Under the pieces are notes generated by a model. The model was not told where the DNA came from, ran no database searches, and saw only the letters and a list, made by a program, of their open reading frames with translations. 32,656 nt of DNA from Macrostomum lignano (Eukaryota), in assembly GCA_002269645.1 (NCBI GenBank), contig NIVC01003598.1, positions 1-32,656 of the forward strand, written 5' to 3'. Positions 11,690 through 21,768 of this stretch are shown piece after piece. How positions within the stretch are numbered: position 1 is the first letter of the stretch; each line of letters begins with the position of its first letter. A program made the position numbers and the translations under genes.

Positions 11690-11975
11690 CTGCCTCGCTC
11701 CAAGTTATTATAACTTCAGCCAGCAGCAGCAGGACTTCTTACACTGGCTGTGGGCAGTACAACTCGGGATGAATATTGTGGCCTGCCAGCTGGAGTCGCC
11801 TGCAGCTTACGAGAGTCGGTTGAAAGGGCCGGGCCGGCACGGTGATATAGTGCTACGTTGGTATCTCGTTTTCGCCGATCTTGAAGGCGGCGCGCAGCTG
11901 GACAGCCGAGTCAACTTACTGTTCAAGCGAGTCCGTCAGCGTCCAGCTCCTGGCGTTGTAAAGCAGGACGGTCTC
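11690..11975 (-). mobile_element. Second decayed RTE-clade LINE fragment (3' end of the ORF)
   Basis: Minus translation VETVLLYNARSWTLTDSLEQ*VD...LRAAFKIGE...RRLQLAGH...YCPQPV*EVLLL is the post-RT region of RTE elements; contains in-frame stops. Confidence 0.8.
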
Positions 11976-12499
11976 GACCATGTGGCTATGGATGCTGTCC
12001 GTAGCCTTATCAACCTCACCTACGCGCTCGTAATTTCTGTCATCCCCACTTCGACTTCTTTTTAAAGGTGAATAAGCTAACTAGCGTCCTTTCTTATTTT
12101 GAAAATCGGCCTTCGTCTTAGGTTTCCATGACGATAACTTAGTTTGGGTGGGGCAGCTGCCGAGTTCATCAGTGCGCAAGAGAAGCTCCAGCAGTTCGCA
12201 GCACGATTATTCATCAGTATTTCTTCTCCTGTCCGGGTAGCATCATCGGAAGTTGCTATGGGTTCAATTAATGCAAGAAGCGATATCAAATTCAATTCAA
12301 CTCCCTACAACGGAAGCTCGGACAACACAGCGCCCCTTCGCTTCCTTTTGCCTTTCATATTACGAATTTTGAGCTGAAAATTTCAATTTCAATGAAACTG
12401 AATCTGAGGGCTGCTGGCTTGATGACGTGTAAACATTAGACAATATCTTTGTAACATAGTGTACTCTTGAAAAAATGGAGCCACCGGCTGCAGATTTAC

Positions 12500-12636
12500 C
12501 GGAGCACTTGGTCTATCGGACCACTGGGTCTATCGGAGCACTTGGTCTGTCGGACCACTTGGTCTATCGGACCACGCCACATCTGACAACCGGACTCTCA
12601 CCAACACAGCTCCTTCTAGGCCGCGAGTTGCGGACT
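12500..12636 (+). mobile_element. Gypsy integrase C-terminal remnant with a locally repeated 5' part
   Basis: YRTTPHLTTGLSPTQLLLGRELRT (12565-12636) matches the YRxTPHxTTGxSPxxLLxGRxLRT integrase motif. CACTTGGTCT(A/G)TCGGACCA is repeated three times in 12506-12574. Confidence 0.7.
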
Positions 12637-13004
12637 CACAAGGGCCTCATGCCGTAAGTCCGTAATCAAGCTCTCCACTATCGGGCGAGCAAATGTGAAA
12701 TGATGTCTGTACATGTGAGCCAGGGAATGAGAAAATTCAATTAATACGCTCGTAATGCAAGGACAGCTTTATTTCCAAGTACGAGTAATTGAAGGGGCAT
12801 ATGAAATGAGCGGACTCAGTCTTTGTTTCATCTTGTAAACTGAACCACAGGCGGCTCGTTAGTTTCTACCCGATCCAATTAGCGAATCGATGCCAATTTC
12901 GAGTAACTAAACTACAGCCGTACACTCTGGAAGGAAATCCTTGCTTCGTGTCGTTTGAATACGAATTAACGTCCGTGTTGTTTACCGACCCTCTATTCAC
13001 TACC

Positions 13005-13423
13005 ATTCACTATTTCTTATATTTGTATCAAAACCTGCTCAGAGGGAGAAGAAATACTCGATGTTATTTTGCTCTGGTAGATCTTATCTTCATCTCTTGC
13101 ATAAGCGTCACAAGAGTCATCAATCATGGGAGAGGGGAATGGAATTATTCATAATTCATAAACTGTAAAATTCACAAAAAATAAACCTTTTTTCTTTGAC
13201 TAACTGACAGGTTACGCACAAGGCATAATCGAGACTCACTTTCAGTTTCAGTGCCTCTGCTCCCAACTCATCTTAGCTAATTGCTCAGTAATATAGCGCT
13301 GATTGGCTGATAGCTCGGCTCGAATCATGCCCACTCACTATTTATTATTCATGCTTGCTGAGAGGGAGAAGGAACACTCGATGCTATCTATCTAGCTCTT
13401 GCAACATTATCTCCATCTCTTGC
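13005..13423. repeat. Diverged ~90-bp direct duplication (13005-13100 / 13335-13423)
   Basis: Collinear blocks TCACTATTT, TGCT(C/G)AGAGGGAGAAG(A/G)AA(T/C)ACTCGATG(T/C)TAT and TTATCT(T/C)CATCTCTTGC. Confidence 0.7.
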
Positions 13424-13485
13424 GCTGAATTGCAATTGCAAAAAGCCTAAGCAAGGAAATTAGGAAAATCAAGAAAACAGAAGTC

Positions 13486-14577
13486 ATGTCAAATAACCTC
13501 TCAAATCGAAACAACGACAGCCGCCTTGGCGAGCCGGGCTTGGCAGAACCCGACGTTGGCGGCCTGGCATCTGCTGGACTGTCTCTGACGTGCTCTGGAG
13601 TTGCTCTGTTGCTGAACAGCTTGCTAATGCTGGCTCTCGTTCGGGGCAAAGTTCAAGAACGATGCAGCGGCATGGTTGTGCTCACTGGGACTGAGCTGCT
13701 GCTCAACCTGCTTCTGCCCGTGTTCCTGCTCAGCCAGATGCTCATGCCGCTAAACTCTGAGATTGACACACTTGGCGTCAGCGTGCATGCCTCCCAGGCT
13801 GTCCGCAACTGGTGGATGCTGGTCCTCACCGCCTACAGAGCTGTCATCACCACCAGGCCGCTGCTGGCTGGTCAGCCATGCCGGCAGTTCCCGGTCCGCT
13901 ACCAGGCCTGCCTACTGCTGGCCATTCTGTGCCTGTGCGGCGGGGAACTTCTCGTCGCCAGAGTCTGGAGCTTTACAGAAGAATCCGGGATGGCCGAGAA
14001 CGTCACCACCAGCGACAAGCTTGAGGCCACAATGCAGACAATTCGAGTGTACTTGTGCAAGAATCTCAATTACGCTGTACTTGGCACCCTGTTGCCGGGC
14101 TTCTGTGTCCTCTGTCTGGCCTGCAAAATCTCTCAGCATATTCGAACTCGCTACTCGAACCACCGCGCCTCTCGTCGGGCCGCTCGCACCATCCTGCTGC
14201 TCTCTGTCGGCTTCGTGTTGCTGGAGTTTCCTTACGCACTGCTGAACTCGGCAGCCACCATCTACCTGTTGAAGCGGCTGACTCAACTACCGCTTAATGA
14301 GGCCGACTTCCGCACTTTGGGCCAGCTTGAAAATCTGCTCGGCTGGGGCATGGCAGTTGTTCCCATCAACTCCTGCTTGAATTTCGTCATTCTGCTCCGC
14401 TACAGCCGCTCCTTTCGTCAGCTGCTGCACCGGGGTGGCCACCATCAAAACCAACAACAGCAGCAGCGGCAGCAGCAGCAGCAGCATCAGCAACGGCAGC
14501 AGCAAAGGCAGCAGTGGCAGCAACGAAGACAGCATCTTCCGCGACAGCAGGTCGTGGTGATGCTTGAACGGTCGTGA
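13486..14577 (+). CDS. Intronless class A (rhodopsin-like) GPCR, 363 aa, divergent peptide-receptor-like orphan with a Q-rich C-tail
   Basis: Seven hydrophobic segments; N-terminal sequons NLS and NDS; TM3 end WxLVLTAYRAVITTRPL (DRY...PL position); TM5 LLP; TM6 FVLLEFP; TM7 INSCLNF; helix 8 SRSFR. Confidence 0.88.
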   Translation: MSNNLSNRNNDSRLGEPGLAEPDVGGLASAGLSLTCSGVALLLNSLLMLALVRGKVQERCSGMVVLTGTELLLNLLLPVFLLSQMLMPLNSEIDTLGVSVHASQAVRNWWMLVLTAYRAVITTRPLLAGQPCRQFPVRYQACLLLAILCLCGGELLVARVWSFTEESGMAENVTTSDKLEATMQTIRVYLCKNLNYAVLGTLLPGFCVLCLACKISQHIRTRYSNHRASRRAARTILLLSVGFVLLEFPYALLNSAATIYLLKRLTQLPLNEADFRTLGQLENLLGWGMAVVPINSCLNFVILLRYSRSFRQLLHRGGHHQNQQQQQRQQQQQHQQRQQQRQQWQQRRQHLPRQQVVVMLERS

Positions 14578-15469
14578 TTAAAAATTTGCAGACAGTTTAC
14601 TATACTATATGATGTCCTATTCCCTTGTTTTAGTGAGACACCCGATTATTTTTAACCCGTGTTTACTAACATCCTTGATCCACGCTAATATCTTGGTGAA
14701 TATCAAAAATCAGTTTTGGCAAATATATAACGGCAATATTACAATATGAGCGAATATGTCAATTTTCTGAGACGTTGATTTTACTACTCAAGTCTTTCTA
14801 CTTTGATGTTTCCTCTATCGGTCGCTCAAGGTTTTCACACCTAAGCTCATTTAAGCAAAGCTTGACTGAGAGGCCAATCAATGGTGCCGGCACGGCAGAA
14901 CGGAAATTTGAGAACTAAGAATGGATTTGAGGAAGACGGCAGTCCATTTTTCAACCCCCGCATTCACTCTCTCTCCCGAAGCACGTGCAGCTGCCCACGC
15001 AGTATAGTTATAAATAGAAATTGTAATTAAATTGATAATACGACTAGATTCGAGCTAAGGCATGGTATGTTCGATTCAGAAAAAACCTCTGGTCAGTAAG
15101 AAAAAAGCAGAGGATATCGAGCGTAATAACATTTTAGCTCTATTACTGAAGGTAATTTGATGCATTAAACCCAAAGTAATCAGGCTGATGACAATATTGA
15201 AAAATGTCAGTCATAGATCTTTCTGAATGTTTTTGATGTTTGATGGTAAGCTGTGCGAATGCATGACTTTTATTATAGCTTTTTGCAGACCATTTGGGCC
15301 TACGCGCATTGAATTTAATCTAAGATACGTTTGCGAATGAAACGGAGCTTTTGTCTATGGTAGCAAGGCTGGCACAGCGGCACTTGATTTGGTCCAACAA
15401 GCATCAATTTGGTCCATAGCTTCATTCACAACTACCGCAGAGGAGCAGATCAGCCCCAGAATTGTGGAC

Positions 15470-15600
15470 AATATGCTAGGCTGTCGAACGAATGCCATTG
15501 GCTTGCGATCGAAGCGCTCGACAGAGGTGAACACCCAAAGGACATTGCAAGGTTGCTGAATGTAAAAGAAAAGATGGTTTACAGCATCCATCAGTGCGTT
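15470..15600 (+). mobile_element. Tc1/mariner-like N-terminal HTH remnant
   Basis: RLSNECHWLAIEALDRGEHPKDIARLLNVKEKMVYSI fits a paired-type HTH (IAxxLNVxxxxVYxI). No DDE domain follows. Confidence 0.45.
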
Positions 15601-15878
15601 GAAACTCTGCCGGCAATCGCCAAAGCAAGTTGCGAGAGCCTCAGGTCCAACTGCTACTTGATGCAGTTGAGAAACCCTTTTTTGGCGTTGCAGAAAATGC
15701 AGCAGAAGTTGAAGGAACAGCTCCAGTTTGTTATCAGATTTCGACTATCGGCAGAGCTCTGGAAAAGCAACTGAAAATTTTTAGTAGAGACGCTGACGTT
15801 CCAGCAGTACGCAACAACCCACAGACGGTTGCGAGAGGACAGGAGTTCGTATTTCCTCAGTCAAGCAGTGGCCTGCAG

Positions 15879-16523
15879 ATGGCTGCAAGGATTAAAAGAA
15901 GCTGTTCGGCCAAATCGTGCACATCAAATTCGAAAACTTTAAACAACTGCGATGGCCTGTCTTTATTTGCATATCCGGTCAAAGATGCACAGAGACTGGT
16001 TATTTGGCTCGACAAAGTTGAAACAGATCGAGGATTCGCACCGATATCTAACAAGTACCTGTGTGAGCTCCATTTCAAGAACAAAGATTTTCTTACTTTG
16101 GCACAGGGTAGCCAAGCTCCTGGTAAGAGTAGAAAAAGATTGAGACCGGGAGCGGTTCCGAAATACGAATGTCCTGATCCTCCAGTCCTGCAGCGCTTTG
16201 ATGCTGAAGACCCAGTTGAACTAGCACGGAGATCTCGCATTGGTAAACGAAGCTTGAAACCTGATTCAAGCAAAAGAAGCCGTATTCTATCCAGAAAGCG
16301 ATGCCGTAGGTTCTACAAAAGATTTCTAAAAGCCAAGTCTAAGGCATTTGCCTCTGCAGTGGTAATCAAACAACTGAAGAGAAGTGGACAACTGAATTCG
16401 AAAGTGTCAGAGAAATTCCATCGAATGCCTGGCACACATTTGCGAGGGCCAGATTCGAGGTTTGCAGCAGCGCATTCCATCGTCAGCACTTGTGGACCTC
16501 TTGCTGACACGCTCAATAGCTGA
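15879..16523 (+). CDS. THAP-domain protein, 214 aa, from an internally deleted P-element-like transposon
   Basis: ATG at 15879. THAP signature complete: CSAKSC, FAYP, W, LCELHF, LRPGAVP. A basic coiled-coil-like segment follows, then an out-of-frame tail. Confidence 0.85.
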   Translation: MAARIKRSCSAKSCTSNSKTLNNCDGLSLFAYPVKDAQRLVIWLDKVETDRGFAPISNKYLCELHFKNKDFLTLAQGSQAPGKSRKRLRPGAVPKYECPDPPVLQRFDAEDPVELARRSRIGKRSLKPDSSKRSRILSRKRCRRFYKRFLKAKSKAFASAVVIKQLKRSGQLNSKVSEKFHRMPGTHLRGPDSRFAAAHSIVSTCGPLADTLNS

Positions 16524-16707
16524 AGCTTTTTCTGCTGGCCTATTCAGCCGGCTTGGTTATGAGCAGGCTAGAGATGAAAATCACCGATACTTCTTGATTC
16601 GTGAGTACATCAGTGTTCGTATATTTCATCAATACAAATGGTTGAACATGTGCAGGGCCGTGTCTGTACGGCAGATCCTCACGAAGATATTATTCATGTG
16701 CCAGTAA
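16396..16707 (+). pseudogene. Extreme C-terminus of a P-element/THAP9-type transposase, in the +1 frame relative to the THAP ORF
   Basis: RKCQRNSIECLAHI...RIPSSALV...LFSRL...ENHRYFLIREYISVRIFHQYK...SVRQILTKILFMCQ* resembles the P transposase ending (CxxC..., PS, NHxxxLI, IRLHH, RQKLTKLILFxxQ) as recalled. The frame opens after a stop at 16393. Confidence 0.65.
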
Positions 16708-17199
16708 CCAAACTACTGAGGAAACTGTCCTGCGTAACTATTTATTGATTTTTCAAGCTTGTCTTTTTAGTAATAAATTTCCCTTGTCTATATTTTGCAT
16801 TCGATTCCCTTCATGCATCCTTTGCTTAAATTGTTATTTACTTTATCTCAGTTGTTCATTACTTTGTCTCAAGTGTTAATTAATTGCAACAACTCCTTGC
16901 TTCAATAGTACTGTTAAATCATTTCATGAATAGTTTCCCTCAATTGTAAATGTCAACTATGCATTCTTTGCCTTAATCGAAAAAAATTCTCATGTATGCC
17001 TTCAATTTTCATCTCTGGCCAAATTTGAATATTTTAGCTCTTCTTACAGATTTATAGTTTCTTGTTTACTTGTTAGTTACTTGTTACTCGATAAACTTGT
17101 TAGTTTATCGCTATGGTATGCTCGTATAATGTACTTCAACAATACTTACAAACAAATACACCATTTTACCCTCGATTTTGAACAAGGAGAACTTCGAAA

Positions 17200-17660
17200 C
17201 TGACAAACTCCTCTTCAATATTGACACTCTATGGTCGGGCACTCAAAATCTACAATCAATATTGACAGATCAAGCTTCAATTTTGACAAACTCTGGTTCA
17301 ATTTTGACAATGCACGTTTAGTCAACTTCTCCTGGGAGAATTCGGTAACAAAGTAATCCAATGAAAGCCTGAACGGGGCTGAAGTGAGCTGTGCAAAATC
17401 AACTTATTCTGACTTTGCTTTTTGGATCTACAAGTATTGATAAAATTTATTTTTCTCCATCCTTTAGACACACAGACTAAAATAGCCTGACTGGTTGGGC
17501 TGCAAAGTCTGATTCTATTTTGACAGAGTTGCTTCAAAACTGACACTCTATGGTTTGTGTACCCAAAAAGTCCGCTTCATTTTTGACAACTCCGAATCAA
17601 TATTGAACAGTTAACAATCAATTTTGACTAAGACATTTTTTGAAATAGATTTTGACAATT
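17200..17660. repeat. Array of ~10 (T)TTGACA motifs in two diverged blocks, each near TGACACTCTATGGT
   Basis: TGACACTCTATGGT at ~17222 and 17541; TTGACA/TTTGAC recurring through 17200-17660. Confidence 0.6.
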
Positions 17661-18924
17661 TTTACTAAGATTTCTCTCTTGAGGGGGGTACTTGCTATTT
17701 GGGAGAAGGGGTACTGGCTGCATGTATCTACGAGTACATGTATGGGAATATTTCTATTTAGGGATGCTTGCTAGAGTCCCTGCTCTCTCAAGGGACTCTA
17801 GCAAAAGGCCGGTCATTTAACATCCCAAGACTCGGCCTACCGGCCTCGACGCTATGGCAGTTGTGTGTGAAGCGTGACTTCTTGATAGTGGAGTTGTGTC
17901 TAGTTTCGTCCAAAAACCAATGCAAAACGGCTATGACACAACTTCCCAGACGGAAATTGTTCACTAAGCGATTCTAGGGATTTGTGTCATAGGCATTTTC
18001 CACTTGGCGCAAGCCAAATGATGGCCATAGACTAAACGTTTGGAACGAAAATTTTAGCGGAACAGTCTGAAATTACCATAGACGAAACAAAACATGTTAA
18101 ATGAAGTTGTGGTAGTATAAGCTGGAACTCTGCAGCAGAGGATACATGTTCCTGTTTCTTCTGTTTGCCCTAACCTCTATTCATGCCACTCATACGAATG
18201 ATAAATTGGTCGAATTTGCTGATTGAAAGCATTGACGGCTTGAATGGAAATGAGGTCAACTTTCTCAGCGACTTGAGTGTGGGTGGACGTGACGAGGCAG
18301 ATGACGAAGAGTTGATGGAGTTCATCCGATTCATTGAATGCGGTAACGATGATGCTCTGCCACCACTGCCAAGCGAAGAAGAGGCTTGCCCCGAGGATCC
18401 CATGCGGAACAAACCATGCAATTCGGCCGATGTGAGTGTAATTATTGTCGATTCTAGCTCTACTCATCGATTATTGCGGAACAATTGGTCCACGTTTCAT
18501 TATGCCCATGTTACGGCCGTTTTCGTACATGTATACAATCTGTTTATTCAGCTCTGTTGTATTGAATAAAAAATATCCTCGCAAACGCATTGATAAAGGA
18601 ATATACAGATTGCTTATCTGCAAATGGGTATATCCAAATTTAAACCACTTTAAAGCTCACTTTCAGGGAGGTTATTGACATAGATTTTATTTTGCGGGAT
18701 TTAATCGATCACTTTCCCGGACATATTGCAAGGATTATTGCAAATTTATTCGGCAAAAAACTTCAGCCATAGACAACAAGCAAACAAGTAGGCATATGAA
18801 TTCTCTGAAACTCTTGTAAGAAATAATAATACAATAACAGCAAGAACACTAATAATGATAATATTGCACGGACTTAGTTCATAGAGTTATCGTTAGTGTA
18901 ATAAGTGTAATTGTAATACCTCAA

Positions 18925-19180
18925 TTAATTGTTGATGGTCACACTGCAGTCCGTGAAGTTGAAATTAATCGTCTGGGCATGGCCCGTACTCTGAACGGCA
19001 CTTGCAATACTTTTTCCATCTAAAATAGCACTGCACTTTTCGATCTGGACATCAGACGTTCGTTTGTAGCACCGCAGTGCTGATAGACTTTGATGTCCTG
19101 TTCTCTCCATGATGAGCTGTTCATCCACGTTTGCATGGTACAAACGAGTGGCACATGTAGCACGCAGGCTGTGATTAGTC
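18925..19180 (-). mobile_element. Crypton-type tyrosine recombinase C-terminal fragment (DUF3504-like)
   Basis: TNHSLRATCATRLYHANVDEQLIMERTGHQSLSALRCYKRTS carries HxxR, the second His (TGH) and the catalytic Tyr. The FNFTDCSVTIN tail is typical of Crypton/ZMYM/QRICH1-type domains. N-terminal part absent. Confidence 0.85.
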
Positions 19181-19581
19181 TCGCTCGGTGATTCGATTTG
19201 GATCATAATCGCCACAGAAATCCTCCGTAAAGCGCACTAAAGGATTTACGAAGATTCGTTCTTCCATGCTATCTTCTTTAATCAAGCGCAACACAATCTG
19301 TCTCACTTTTTCTCTTATGTATCTAAATATGCGAGCTTCTCTCTTCTCTTCCTTCGTAACTCGAGAAATTTCTTAATGAAAATTTGTCTATGGTAAGAAT
19401 GTGGGGGCTTCGCCCCACACCCCCATCCCCAACTTCAACCATAGACATACAAGTATGGCTCCGGGATTTATCTGAATACATCCCGCAAAATTAAAGTAGT
19501 TTAAATAAGATATTCTATGGGTTTGAGGTCGGTATTTCACTTAAATCCCTCGAGCCGAATATCTTATACGTATCAGATTAA

Positions 19582-19667
19582 ACATGCCTTTTGAGGGAGT
19601 TATTTGTATAAATCACGAGGGCCTGAGGCCGAGGGATTTATGAAAATAACTCCCGAAAAAGGCATGT
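19582..19667. repeat. Hairpin with 33-bp arms (29/33 matched) and a 20-nt spacer
   Basis: Arms 19582-19614 and 19635-19667; the spacer contains GGCC-TGA-GGCC. Confidence 0.9.
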
Positions 19668-19682
19668 GTAATCTCGTATAAA

Positions 19683-19778
19683 CCATAGACATAAAGACTT
19701 TACGGGATATAATTGAATATTACCAAATAAAATCCCGGAGAACGCAAATATTGTCACGGAAAGTCTTTATTTCTATGG
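19683..19778. mobile_element. 96-bp MITE-like element with CCATAGA termini
   Basis: CCATAGACATAAAGACTTT versus the reverse complement CCATAGAAATAAAGACTTT (18/19). No TSD found. Confidence 0.55.
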
Positions 19779-20635
19779 ATTATATAACCCGTTGGGAATA
19801 TCCAAAGATGGGGGGCGGCTTGACCATAGACTATTCGCAGATAAGCAATCTGTTGTATTCCTGTTTCGATGCCTGAAAGGCGCGCAAAAATTTACGTAGT
19901 TCACAATTTCCGTCGACGCAATCGTTTGTGGCCCAAACGAAACTAGGCACAATAATTCTTGCAATATCGATTCTGATCGGACATTCATCTGATCTCCAAA
20001 CGAAACCTATTGTAAGTTGAATAGTAGTATTGGTAATTGGAAACTGAATTTTACTTTTCTCTGTCCGTAACGTATTTGTCACTTTACCTTATCAATTTAT
20101 TTTTTGTTTCAAAAAATCGATAAAATCGAGTCATTTTCGCATTTAAAAAACTTATAAAAGTCCGAGTCCTTTTCAATTTTAGTTCGGGCTTGCGGTTTGG
20201 GGTTGAAAATCTAAAATTGAAAAACAATTTTTTGAATAACAAAAACAAATGCGGATAGCAAGTTTTGTTGTTTTATTAATGGCCTTTCAACATATCAATT
20301 ACAAAGATTCCGGGATTTTTTTCGATTCTCCTGTTAATAATGTTCAGCTTTTCCGCTTTGTCAAGGCTCTTCAGTCACTTTAGACAAAGGAAATTGTTTT
20401 TTAGCCAATTTCTGGTACTCAGTCAAATAGAGGTCGTCACTGAGTTTATTAGTACAAGGGGATTGGGATTGCTGTCGGAGCCTTTCTGAATAGTCAAAAG
20501 GGAATAAATTTGTCAAAAATCGCGAGTGAAAAGGAATAGAGCGTCCAGAAATGTAAATTCTCCTGAAGCAACAAATGAAAAAGAATGTGAGACACACCTA
20601 ATAACCAAGAAGAGGCGAGAGCGACGCAAAGAGAA

Positions 20636-21104
20636 GAGAGAGTGACGCGGAAAGGAGAGTGACGCGGAAAGGAGAGTGACGCGGAAAAGAGAGTGACGCG
20701 GAAAAGAGAGTGACGCGGAAAGGAGAGTGACGCGGAAAGGAGAGTGACGCGGAAAGGAGAGTGACGCGGAAAGGAGAGTGACGCGGAAAGGAGAGTGACG
20801 CGGAAAGGAGAGTGACGCGGAAAGGAGAGTGACGCGGAAAGGAGAGTGACGCGGAAAGGAGAGTGACGCGGAAAGGAGAGTGACGCGGAAAGGAGAGTGA
20901 CGCGGAAAGGAGAGTGACGCGGAAAGGAGAGTGACGCGGAAAGGAGAGTGACGCGGAAAGGAGAGTGACGCGGAAAGGAGAGTGACGCGGAAAGGAGAGT
21001 GACGCGGAAAGGAGAGTGATGCAAGAAGGAGAGTGATGCAAGAAGGAGAGTGACGCAAGAAGGAGAGTGACGCAAGAAGGAGTGACGCGGAAAGAGAAAG
21101 TGAC
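20636..21104. repeat. Minisatellite, 17-bp unit AGTGACGCGGAAAGGAG x~27
   Basis: Read directly; three overlapping ORFs show a 17-aa (51-nt) period. Confidence 0.97.
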
Positions 21105-21768
21105 AAAAGGAAAAGAGAACCCATAGAAATTTTTTCAAATACAGCATGACAGAAGCAGAGGAAGAAGCACAGCTTAAATTGCTCAGTGGTTTATCACAAT
21201 CGTACCGGGTCCAAGCCCTGCATACGCAAACAGCATGCGACGATACCTTGTAAATTTTTATTTTATCTTCGGCAAAAATCCAATGCAATCGAAAGCTGGG
21301 CAAAAATATTTTGCAAAGTTTTATAATAAGATTAGCTATACATACAGAACAACATACAGTATCATATTGTGCAAGAGCTTGCGAGCATATGAAGACTTTG
21401 CTGGTTATTAACAGACTAAAATCTGTTTACGAGTAAAAATCGCTTTGACTTTCAGAGCTTCTAAAAGTACAAAAATTACGTCGCAAACAACTGGTGCACT
21501 TCTTTGTAGAATAACATTTTGTCAGCAGCTTTTATTAATGCGAATCGTTAATCATTTCTAAAAAATAGGTGCTGTGAGTCTGCATTGAGCGGTTGGATAA
21601 TGAAAGTAATTATCAATCAGTTGAGCCAGACTCATTTACTCGTAATTAAAAGGAAAATGTTTTTGTACAAGTGTAGGAAGACAAACTTAATTGAAATACG
21701 CGATGTTAGACAAAAGGGTCAATTAGCCATAAAAATGAAATAAAAAGATGTTTAAAATTGACACTTAT

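Noticed and set aside
3660-15210. CTGATGA cores as hammerhead ribozymes (3662 minus, 10117 minus, 11189 minus, 12167 minus, 15185 plus)
   Set aside because: None has a paired stem II followed by GAAA in the required geometry.
15409-15881. Spliced fusion of the Tc1-like HTH to the THAP ORF
   Set aside because: The only donor candidate (AG|GTCCAA, ~15643) is weak, and its phase does not match the acceptors at 15860 or 15878.
18183-18569. Acidic 128-aa ORF as a gene or transposase piece
   Set aside because: No recognisable motif or splice context; left unassigned.
20494-21303. Long ORFs (147-269 aa) on the minus strand
   Set aside because: Translations of the 17-bp satellite, open in all three frames.
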